Source: Puia sp.
GTDB lineage: Bacteria > Bacteroidota > Bacteroidia > Chitinophagales > Chitinophagaceae
Reading direction: 5' to 3'
Assembly: GCA_035937535.1 (NCBI GenBank)
Contig: DASZHV010000002.1
Location: 31,639 to 95,638, forward strand
DNA length: 64,000 nucleotides
Each line of letters begins with the position of its first letter. Position 1 is the first letter of the stretch. The translations under genes were made by a program, and so were the position numbers. Positions 19,813-27,465 of this stretch are shown here, piece by piece. The notes below the pieces were generated by a model, which made no database searches, had not been told where the DNA came from, and saw only the letters and a program-made list of their open reading frames with translations.

Positions 19813-19864
19813 CATAATCGGTATACTAAAAATCCGCCTTCATTTTTATTTCGGCGGGCAAATG

Positions 19865-20232
19865 TGGAGGTGAGGAGAATCGAACTCCTGTCCAAACATA
19901 TTCTTCAAAAGCTTTCTACATGTTTATTTGCTAATTGATTGTCGGGGAAAGACAGGGTAGCAACAAACCAATCATTCCCTTAGCTGAATCGTCTTGAGCT
20001 CAGATCACAGCCTTTCTGAACAGCATCCTCTTTTGTTATTAGTCGGCGGTGCAGCTTGGTAACAGGCGAACCTGCCACACGGCCCGAATGACTACTTAAT
20101 CACTGATTAGGCAGCCATGGCATACTGTGTATTGCCATTTGAGATTTGAATATTCAGATTAACGTGCTAATTATCCAACGCACGACATGCTTATACTTTC
20201 AAAGATCTACGCTGTCAATACCAGGCACCCCC
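19865..20232 (-). ncRNA. ssrA: tmRNA (transfer-messenger RNA)
   Basis: 5' GGGGGTG pairs with 3' CACCTCC-A, with G3-U70 alanine identity. T-arm GGAGTTCGATTCTCC. Tag frame GGC AAT ACA CAG TAT GCC ATG GCT GCC TAA = GNTQYAMAA at 20136-20107. Confidence 0.97.
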
Positions 20233-20246
20233 GATAAATCAACCTG

Positions 20247-20254
20247 CAAATTTA
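20247..20254 (-). promoter_or_regulatory. Bacteroidota -7 promoter box for ssrA
   Basis: TAAATTTG on the minus strand, 14 nt before the mature 5' end. Confidence 0.75.
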
Positions 20255-20310
20255 ATCATTTTTTTCTAAACAGGGAAGAAGAGAGAGATCTGCAATACTG
20301 AATGCAACAA

Positions 20311-20345
20311 ACTCCCATACTCCCATACTCCCATACTCCCTTACT
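20311..20345. repeat. (TCCCATAC)x3 plus one variant, 8-bp tandem array
   Basis: Same unit as 1293-1363; begins 5 nt after the rseP stop. Confidence 0.95.
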
Positions 20346-20350
20346 TGTAT

Positions 20351-21748
20351 TTATCTCCCTCTCCCCCATCCAAACCAGTCGTTTCCATTTACATAGATGA
20401 CGAGTGCGAGTATTAGTACCATGCCGACAACCTGAGCATATTCCAGTACTTTTTGACTAGGTTTACGTCCTGTAACCATTTCGAGTAATGTGAACAGCAC
20501 ATGTCCCCCATCCAGGGCCGGTATGGGCAGGATATTCATGAATGCAAGTGCAATGGAGAAGAATGCAGTGATCATCCAGAATGACTGCCAGTCCCACATT
20601 GAAGGGAATACCGAACCCATGGCTTTAAAACCTCCTACAGTTTTATATGCTTCCGTTTTGGGTGAAAATATTTTCTTGAACTGTCCTATATAACTTTTTA
20701 ATTTTTCACCCGCTAACTGAACACCTGCCGGGAAAGAACCGAAAAAGCTGTATTGTGTTTTTTCAATTCGGATCAAACCCAGGCTATCCAGTTTATCGAA
20801 GTCGAGTCCATTAACCAGGCTAAATCCTATTTTGCCATCGGCATTCACATCTGCATATAATGTATCTGTTGTACCCTTTCTTTCCACTGTCAAGGTTACG
20901 CGTTGTCCCTTACGCGCATAAAGCGCTTTTTTAAATTCTTCAAAAAATGGAGTCGAAATACCATTTACTGTGGTTAACTGGTCAAATCGTTTAAGGCCGG
21001 CTTTATAGGCATTAGTCGTATCCGGAATTATATCTGCAATCACCGGGATCCTGGGTAGAAAAAAAAGAGATCCGTTCCTTTTTCTTTCCGCTAGTTTTCC
21101 AAGAATCGCAGTAGGTATATTAATAGATTGATGAACACCATCACGGATGATTTCTACCTGTCCGCCTCCTGCCATCAAAACTTTTTCCGGCAGTTCTTCG
21201 AAATAATTAATATCCTGTCCGTTTACTGTCAGAATTTTATCTCCATTCCGGAATCCGATATTATACATCAGGCTGTCCGTTACGTCAACGCCATAACTGA
21301 GACTGGATATAGGTAATTTTTTCTGTCCCCATGTAAACAGGATCATTGCATATATAAAGAATGCAAGCAGTATGTTCATCGTCACACCACCTACCATGAT
21401 GATCAGGCGTTGCCAGGCTGGTTTGCTTCTGAACTCCCAGGGCTGCGGAGGCTGATTCATTTGTTCTTTATCCATGCTCTCATCCACCATGCCGGAAATT
21501 TTCACATATCCTCCAAGGGGAAGCCAGCCAATACCATATACTGTATCACCGATTTTTTTCTTTACCAGTGCAAACCAGGGATCAAAAAACAGGAAGAATT
21601 TTTCAACCCTGCATTTGAAAAGTTTAGAAGGAAGATAATGACCAAACTCATGTATAATAACAATAAGGGATAATGAAAGAATAAGTTGGGCGGCTTTGGT
21701 GCCAGCATTTGCCCAGTCGATCGCCAGCAATAGAGTGGTATTATTCAT
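20351..21748 (-). CDS. rseP: RIP metalloprotease RseP (M50, PDZ)
   Basis: IHEFGH, GWLPLGGYVKISGM, NILPIPALDGGH. Confidence 0.96.
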   Translation of the reverse strand: MNNTTLLLAIDWANAGTKAAQLILSLSLIVIIHEFGHYLPSKLFKCRVEKFFLFFDPWFALVKKKIGDTVYGIGWLPLGGYVKISGMVDESMDKEQMNQPPQPWEFRSKPAWQRLIIMVGGVTMNILLAFFIYAMILFTWGQKKLPISSLSYGVDVTDSLMYNIGFRNGDKILTVNGQDINYFEELPEKVLMAGGGQVEIIRDGVHQSINIPTAILGKLAERKRNGSLFFLPRIPVIADIIPDTTNAYKAGLKRFDQLTTVNGISTPFFEEFKKALYARKGQRVTLTVERKGTTDTLYADVNADGKIGFSLVNGLDFDKLDSLGLIRIEKTQYSFFGSFPAGVQLAGEKLKSYIGQFKKIFSPKTEAYKTVGGFKAMGSVFPSMWDWQSFWMITAFFSIALAFMNILPIPALDGGHVLFTLLEMVTGRKPSQKVLEYAQVVGMVLILALVIYVNGNDWFGWGRGR

Positions 21749-21798
21749 CTTACAAAGATCAGCTGCAGTCCGCGTTCACGTTATGCTTGCCGGGAATT

Positions 21799-22965
21799 TT
21801 ACAATTTTATTAAAGAAGCCGCGAAGTTACGCGCCTCGCCATCGCTTTCAAAATAATCTTCCAGTGTTGGCTGGTCCACAAATGATATTTTATGTATCGT
21901 TTTTTCAATCAGATCCGTCATATCCAGGAAGCCAATACGGTTTTTTAAAAACGCATATACGGCAATTTCATTGGCCGCATTCAACACACATCCTGCATTT
22001 CCCCCCTTAGCCAGGGCATCTTTCGCGAGTTGTAAATTACGAAAGGTCTTAATATCCGGCTCTTCAAAAGACAATTTATCGGGTTTGTTAAATGTATATC
22101 TCGGGATTTTATTCGGAAGCCTTAATGGAAATCCCAGGGCATACTGAATCGGAAGTCTCATATCCGGAAGCCCCATCTGTGCTTTAATGCTGCCGTCTTC
22201 GAATTGCACCATACTATGAATGATGCTTTGGGAATGAATCACGACCTGGATCTGTTCGGGCAGCAGATTGAATAACCATTTGGCTTCGATCATTTCGAGA
22301 CCCTTATTCATAAGTGTAGCGGAATCAATGGATATTTTAGCTCCCATTGACCAGTTCGGATGCTGGAGGGCATGATCCCTTTTAACATTTACAAGAAAAT
22401 TTGGTTTCTTTCCAAGAAACGGACCGCCGGAAGCAGTGAGAATAATTTTTTCGATGCGGTTACGCGTTTCTCCTAGCAGGCATTGGAAGATGGCCGAATG
22501 TTCCGAATCCACCGGAATAATAGGCGCACGGTTATCAACTGCCTTGCGCATTACGATGTCTCCGGCTACAACGAGTGTTTCCTTATTTGCCAGGGCAATC
22601 GTTTTACCATGTTCGATAGCAGTAAGCGTCGGCATGAGTCCCGCAAAACCAACAATTGCAGCCATCATCACATCATAATTATCCATCGCTGCCACTTCAA
22701 GCAGCGCTTTCTCTCCGGCAAATACTTTGATAGGCTGGGCGGACAATGCCTGTTTTACATTTTGATATTTGGTTTCATCCGCAATAACCACAATATCTGG
22801 CAGAAACTTTAATGCCTGTTTAATTAAAAGATCAACATTATGATATGCAGTAAGTATTTCGGCAGAAAACAATTCAGGATTTGCCGCAATTACATCCAGG
22901 GCCTGGGTTCCCACCGATCCGGTCGAACCAAATATAGCAATCCTTTTCTTCTGCATATTATTCAT
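21799..22965 (-). CDS. dxr: 1-deoxy-D-xylulose-5-phosphate reductoisomerase
   Basis: IFGSTGSVG, LANKETLV, PVDSEHSAIFQ, HPNWSMGAKISIDSATLMNKGLE. Confidence 0.98.
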   Translation of the reverse strand: MNNMQKKRIAIFGSTGSVGTQALDVIAANPELFSAEILTAYHNVDLLIKQALKFLPDIVVIADETKYQNVKQALSAQPIKVFAGEKALLEVAAMDNYDVMMAAIVGFAGLMPTLTAIEHGKTIALANKETLVVAGDIVMRKAVDNRAPIIPVDSEHSAIFQCLLGETRNRIEKIILTASGGPFLGKKPNFLVNVKRDHALQHPNWSMGAKISIDSATLMNKGLEMIEAKWLFNLLPEQIQVVIHSQSIIHSMVQFEDGSIKAQMGLPDMRLPIQYALGFPLRLPNKIPRYTFNKPDKLSFEEPDIKTFRNLQLAKDALAKGGNAGCVLNAANEIAVYAFLKNRIGFLDMTDLIEKTIHKISFVDQPTLEDYFESDGEARNFAASLIKL

Positions 22966-23022
22966 CAGAACTTTCGCGTTGAAAGGTAAATCTAGTGAAT
23001 TCCGGTTGGACGAATGGAAAGA

Positions 23023-24519
23023 TCAGTCCATGTATTTTTCCAGCGGTTCAGCAAAACTCCGGTCATTACTCAGTCTTGGCACTTTATTCTGACCTCCGAG
23101 TTTGCCGATGGATTTCATATAATCTATAAAACCGTTTTTCTTTACAGGATGAATTTGAAGTGGTTGAAGAATATTTCCTGCAATCAAATCATCATAATAA
23201 ATATTTTTTGCCCGCAGGTTACTGTCAACCTTGCTCGCAAATGCACGCATATCTGCAGGTCTGTTTTCAAATTCCACAAACCATTCATGAAATGATTTAC
23301 CGTCACCCAGTCCCTTTATATATGGCGCAACAGTAAACTCATTTATCTGCACGCCTTCTTCCTTGGCAGCTTTCATGAGACTATATTCCACTTCCTCACC
23401 GATAACGTGTTCCCCGAATGCAGAGATAAAATGTTTAATCCTTCCCGTTACAACAATTCGGTAAGGATCGGTACTTACAAATCGAATTGTATCTCCAATA
23501 TTATACCCCCATAAACCTGCGTTGTTATTTATAATGAGGGCATAGTTTATGCCGGTCTTCACGTCCTTTAAAGAAATCCGTGTGGGGTTTTCATTAAATA
23601 TTTCATCCGCTGGAATGAATTCGAAAAATATCCCGCTGTTTGTATTCAGCATGAGCCCTTCTTCTTTCCTGCTGTCCTGGAACGCAAAAAATCCTTCGGA
23701 AGCGGGATAGGTTTCAATCGTATCAATTTGCTTGCCGATGCTGTCGAGCAGGCGATCCTTATAGGGTTCAAAATTTACACCACCGTGCACAAGTACTGAA
23801 AAATTTGGAAAAAGGTCTTTGATACGTTTTCCCGAAACAGTATTGAGACGGTCAAAATACATTTGCATCCAGGGAGGTATTCCACTGATCAGATTCATAT
23901 CCTGATTAATGGTTTCCTCTACAATTTTATCGAGTTTGATTTCCCATTCTTCAATACAGTTGGTTTCATAACTGGGAAGCTGGTTGGTGCGCAGGTAATG
24001 CGGTATATGATGGTTTACGATGCCACTCAGTCTCCCGGTAGGTATATTGGCAATTCTTTCCAGCTCCGGTGAACCTGAAAGAAAAATCATCTTACCATTA
24101 GCAAACGATGAATTGCCGGTTTCTGCCATATAACAGAGTAAAGCATTTCGTGCAGTATTAATATGGTTTGAAATCGAATCTTTCGAAATGGGGATATATT
24201 TAATCCCGCTGGTCGTGCCGGAAGTCTTGGCGAAATAAATCGGCTGGCCCGGCCATAATACATTGTGCTTACCCAGCTTTATCTGGTCAATATAAGTTTT
24301 AAACTGCTCATAATCCCGGACGGGTATGGCCGCTTTGAATTCCTCATAAGTTTTTACTGTCTCCAGGTGGTGCTCACGCCCGAAAACCGTTTTTGAGCCT
24401 GTCTTTAGCAGACTTTTAAGGATGTTTTCCTGATCCTCCAGGGCTGAGCTGAGCTCTTTGCGGGTACTCCTATATATATAAGAAGCGAAAGGCTTGGCTA
24501 AAAACGACTTGATCTTCAT
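23023..24519 (-). CDS. GH3 auxin-responsive-promoter family (acyl acid-amido synthetase-like) protein
   Basis: AKTSGTTSG, YPASEGFFA, YNIGD adenylation motifs; LGGQNKVPRL C-terminus. Confidence 0.9.
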   Translation of the reverse strand: MKIKSFLAKPFASYIYRSTRKELSSALEDQENILKSLLKTGSKTVFGREHHLETVKTYEEFKAAIPVRDYEQFKTYIDQIKLGKHNVLWPGQPIYFAKTSGTTSGIKYIPISKDSISNHINTARNALLCYMAETGNSSFANGKMIFLSGSPELERIANIPTGRLSGIVNHHIPHYLRTNQLPSYETNCIEEWEIKLDKIVEETINQDMNLISGIPPWMQMYFDRLNTVSGKRIKDLFPNFSVLVHGGVNFEPYKDRLLDSIGKQIDTIETYPASEGFFAFQDSRKEEGLMLNTNSGIFFEFIPADEIFNENPTRISLKDVKTGINYALIINNNAGLWGYNIGDTIRFVSTDPYRIVVTGRIKHFISAFGEHVIGEEVEYSLMKAAKEEGVQINEFTVAPYIKGLGDGKSFHEWFVEFENRPADMRAFASKVDSNLRAKNIYYDDLIAGNILQPLQIHPVKKNGFIDYMKSIGKLGGQNKVPRLSNDRSFAEPLEKYMD

Positions 24520-24633
24520 GTTTTAGGCCTTCGATTTAAGGACAAACGTACAATAAAAGGCAATATCACCGGCCACATGTCCAATAGGCCCAAGATTTTT
24601 AACGGATTCCTTCGAAATTAATCTGATTCCCCT

Positions 24634-24641
24634 TACCTTTG
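24634..24641 (+). promoter_or_regulatory. -7 promoter box for rplU-rpmA
   Basis: TACCTTTG, with TTCG (24611-24614) 19 nt upstream. Confidence 0.75.
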
Positions 24642-24662
24642 CAGCCCTAATATTGCATCGTT

Positions 24663-24965
24663 ATGTTCGCAGTTGTACAAATAGCAGGCAGCCAGTTCAG
24701 GGTCCAGAAAGACCAGACACTCTATGTTCCAAGGGTTGAAGGAAATGCAGGAGATCACCTTGAGTTTTCAGATGTATTGCTTTCCAGTGCGGGTGGTAAA
24801 TTCGCCGCAGGAAAAGACGTGAAGAGTGTTGTAAAAGCTGAAATCATTGGCCATGTTCAGGGTGATAAGGTGATATCGTTCAAAATGAACAGAAGAAAAG
24901 GATTCCGTAAAAAACATGGACACCGAACTCATTACACAAAAATCAAAGTGACAGATATCGCTTAA
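24663..24965 (+). CDS. rplU: 50S ribosomal protein L21
   Basis: MFAVVQIAGSQFRV...RRKGFRKKHGHRTHYTKIKV. Confidence 0.98.
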   Translation: MFAVVQIAGSQFRVQKDQTLYVPRVEGNAGDHLEFSDVLLSSAGGKFAAGKDVKSVVKAEIIGHVQGDKVISFKMNRRKGFRKKHGHRTHYTKIKVTDIA

Positions 24966-25018
24966 TGAATTTTATTTTTATCCGCCGGTTAGCGGATCCA
25001 ATTTTTCAAATCTAGTGT

Positions 25019-25297
25019 ATGGCACATAAAAAGGGCGAAGGCAGCGTAAAAAACGGTCGCGATTCGCAGAGTAAAAGACTCGGTGTTAAAATTTTTGGGG
25101 GACAGGCAGCGATAGCTGGTAACGTCATCATTCGTCAACGTGGTACAGTTTATCATCCCGGAAAAAATGTTGGTGTGGGTAAAGACTTCACCTTATTTGC
25201 TCTCACGAATGGCATTGTTGAATTTAAAAAAGGAAAGGCCGACAGACTTTTTGTACACGTTGTAGACGCTCCTTCAGAAGTTACAGCGAAAGCTTAG
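25019..25297 (+). CDS. rpmA: 50S ribosomal protein L27
   Basis: [24 protein letters not shown]...RQRGT. Confidence 0.99.
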   Translation: MAHKKGEGSVKNGRDSQSKRLGVKIFGGQAAIAGNVIIRQRGTVYHPGKNVGVGKDFTLFALTNGIVEFKKGKADRLFVHVVDAPSEVTAKA

Positions 25298-25326
25298 TTA
25301 GTAACATTATATCGTTCTAAATACTG

Positions 25327-25372
25327 ATTCTTTAGAAATATTCAAAAAAACTTTTGGATAATTCTAAAGAAT
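25327..25372 (+). terminator. Long hairpin after rpmA (probable terminator)
   Basis: ATTCTTTAGAA/TTCTAAAGAAT 11-bp stem plus an inner TATTCAAAA/TTTTGGATA stem. Confidence 0.6.
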
Positions 25373-25424
25373 TTCTATTTTTACTATGTAAAGTATTTTA
25401 CTAACCATTTAAATTCTACAAACA

Positions 25425-25523
25425 ATGGCAACAGCAAAAAAAGCCGCTAAGAAAAAAGCAGCTCCAAAAAAGAAAGCAGCTCCTAAGAAAAAGGCTGCTA
25501 AGAAATCTGCTAAGAAGAAATAG
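25425..25523 (+). CDS. 32-aa histone H1-like Lys/Ala/Pro-rich basic peptide (missed by the ORF track)
   Basis: MATAKKAAKKKAAPKKKAAPKKKAAKKSAKKK-stop. A-rich initiation region; candidate promoter TTTG-N19-TATTTTTA (25353-25383); dedicated terminator; repeats differ at synonymous positions. Confidence 0.85.
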   Translation: MATAKKAAKKKAAPKKKAAPKKKAAKKSAKKK

Positions 25524-25551
25524 TTTTCTTCATTCATTAGCTGAAAATAGT

Positions 25552-25582
25552 AAAGTCCCCCGGAATATCCGGGGGACTTTTT
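25552..25582 (+). terminator. Intrinsic terminator of the basic-peptide gene
   Basis: AAAGTCCCCCGGA-ATA-TCCGGGGGACTTT 13-bp stem ending in a T run. Confidence 0.9.
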
Positions 25583-25624
25583 AATTTCGTATTTTTGTTA
25601 TCTCATCTTCCCAAACATAAGCCC

Positions 25625-27295
25625 ATGGCGGTTTCTAATGAAGTGATTGCTGAAAGTTTTTCTCGGCTCTCCAAACTGATGGACATCCACGGAGAGAACC
25701 CTTTCAAAATAAAATCATATGCAGCTGCATCGTTCAGCATCGATAAATTAACAGAAGAACTCAGTGCCATTCCGCGTGAAAAAATAATGTCTATTAAAGG
25801 CATCGGACCAAGTATTGGCAAACAAATCATCGAAATACTCGACACAGGTGAATTACCCCAACTTCATGAGATAACCGCCAAAACACCTCCCGGAGTCATC
25901 GAAATGCTCCGAATTAAGGGTTTGGGTCCAAAAAAGATTTCAACAGTCTGGAAGGAGATGGAAATCGAATCTATCGGTGAATTGATGTATGCCTGTGATG
26001 AAAACCGTTTGATGCTTTACAAAGGATTCGGTGAAAAGACACAACATAATATTCGGGAGACAATAGCGTTTTATCTTCGTAGTCAGGGAAGTTTTCTCTT
26101 CGCTGAAGTGGAGGGTTATGTTCTTTCCATTCATAAAAAACTCCATGAATCTTTCCCCGGCGAATTGATTTCTATTACCGGAGCTTTCCGGCGTCAACTC
26201 GAAATCATTAATCAGGCGGTGTGGATCACAAGTTTACCCTTCAGCAGCTTAATTCCATTTTTTACAACACATAAATTCCTGATAGAAGAGGAAAAACCTG
26301 ATGAACTGCTCATTTCAGGCCAGGAAAATATTAAACTTAAATTTCAAATTGTTACACACGATTCATTTCATTCGCGCTTATTCGAAACCAGCTGCAGTGA
26401 GACATTCCTGGATTACTGGAAACAACAATTTAAACTGAATACAGCTGTCCAATCAGAAGAAATGATCTTTCAGCAGGCCGGCATTCATTTCATTCCTGCT
26501 CCGCTTAGAGAGAACCCGGTCATTATAGAAAAAGCCAGACTCTCTCCCCTTCCTCCTCTTATTAAATTTTCAGATGTTAAAGGTATCATACATAGTCACA
26601 GTAACTGGAGTGATGGACTGAATACCGTTGAAGAAATGGCTAAAGCCTGCATTGAACAGGGATTTGAATATCTGGTCATCAGCGATCATAGTAAGTCGGC
26701 ATTTTATGCAAACGGTCTCTCAGAAGAAAGAATCCGTGAACAACACCTTTATGTGGATGAATTAAACACAAAACTGGCACCCTTCCATATTTTTAAAAGT
26801 ATTGAATGTGATATTCTAAACGACGGGCGACTCGATTATAGCGATCAGATCCTTTCCACATTCGATCTGGTGATCGCCTCGGTTCATTCGAATTTAAAGA
26901 TGAGCGAGGAAAAAGCCATGAACCGTTTGCTCACTGCCATACAAAACCCTCATACACGCATCCTGGGTCATCCGACAGGTCGTCTCCTGCTTAGCCGTGC
27001 CGGATATCCTGTTGATCATAAAACCTTGATCGAAGCATGTGCAGTACATGGTGTTGTGATCGAATTGAACGCGCACCCTCGCCGTCTTGATATGGACTGG
27101 CGATGGATCGATTATGCCCTGCAAAAAAATGTCCTGATCTCCATTGATCCCGATGTACATTCCATTACAGGTTATCATGATATTCATTATGGTGTACTAG
27201 CAGCTCAAAAAGGCGGAGTTACTGCAGCGAATAATTTGAGTAGTTTTACTTTGAAAAAGATGAAGGAGTTTGTATCCAAAAAGCGGTATTCGTGA
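25625..27295 (+). CDS. polX: Family X DNA polymerase/PHP exonuclease, non-canonical (polymerase Asp residues missing)
   Basis: HhH motifs IKGIGPSIG, IKGLGPKKI, KGFGEKT; GAFRR; PHP motifs HSHSNWSDG, SDHS, ECDI, GHPTGR, DPDVH. ATG 25625 preferred. Confidence 0.92.
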   Translation: MAVSNEVIAESFSRLSKLMDIHGENPFKIKSYAAASFSIDKLTEELSAIPREKIMSIKGIGPSIGKQIIEILDTGELPQLHEITAKTPPGVIEMLRIKGLGPKKISTVWKEMEIESIGELMYACDENRLMLYKGFGEKTQHNIRETIAFYLRSQGSFLFAEVEGYVLSIHKKLHESFPGELISITGAFRRQLEIINQAVWITSLPFSSLIPFFTTHKFLIEEEKPDELLISGQENIKLKFQIVTHDSFHSRLFETSCSETFLDYWKQQFKLNTAVQSEEMIFQQAGIHFIPAPLRENPVIIEKARLSPLPPLIKFSDVKGIIHSHSNWSDGLNTVEEMAKACIEQGFEYLVISDHSKSAFYANGLSEERIREQHLYVDELNTKLAPFHIFKSIECDILNDGRLDYSDQILSTFDLVIASVHSNLKMSEEKAMNRLLTAIQNPHTRILGHPTGRLLLSRAGYPVDHKTLIEACAVHGVVIELNAHPRRLDMDWRWIDYALQKNVLISIDPDVHSITGYHDIHYGVLAAQKGGVTAANNLSSFTLKKMKEFVSKKRYS

Positions 27296-27302
27296 CTCTC
27301 AC

Positions 27303-27459
27303 AATGTGAAAAATGTGTATTTGTGGGATATGTGATAAGGTAGGAATGAAATGTAAAATCTAATGTAAGATTAGAAAGTTAAATTTTCCACGAATTCAAT
27401 TTTTAATTCAATTTTTCATTTCATCTTCACATTCCTACATTTTCCACAATTCCACATTT
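27303..27459. repeat. Degenerate inverted short-repeat arrays (AATGTG-like / CACATT-like)
   Basis: AATGTGAA AAATGTG TTTGTGG TATGTGA after the polX stop; TTCACATT CCTACATTT CCACAATT CCACATTT after the kinase stop. Confidence 0.65.
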
Positions 27460-27465
27460 AAAACG

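Noticed and set aside
19831-19862. REP-like hairpin CCGCC...GGCGG next to the tmRNA 3' end
   Set aside because: Only a 5-bp stem with a 14-nt loop and no clear second copy in the window; too weak to call.
14506-19864. Genomic island integrated at ssrA
   Set aside because: No integrase, and I found no duplicated tmRNA 3' end by eye. The genes are ordinary Bacteroidota families; GC shift was not computed.
19865-19892. tRNA gene suggested by GGAGTTCGATTCTCC
   Set aside because: It is the T-arm of tmRNA; there is no anticodon arm.
24642-24662. L21 ribosomal leader RNA
   Set aside because: The inferred 5' UTR is only about 16 nt, too short for a structured leader.
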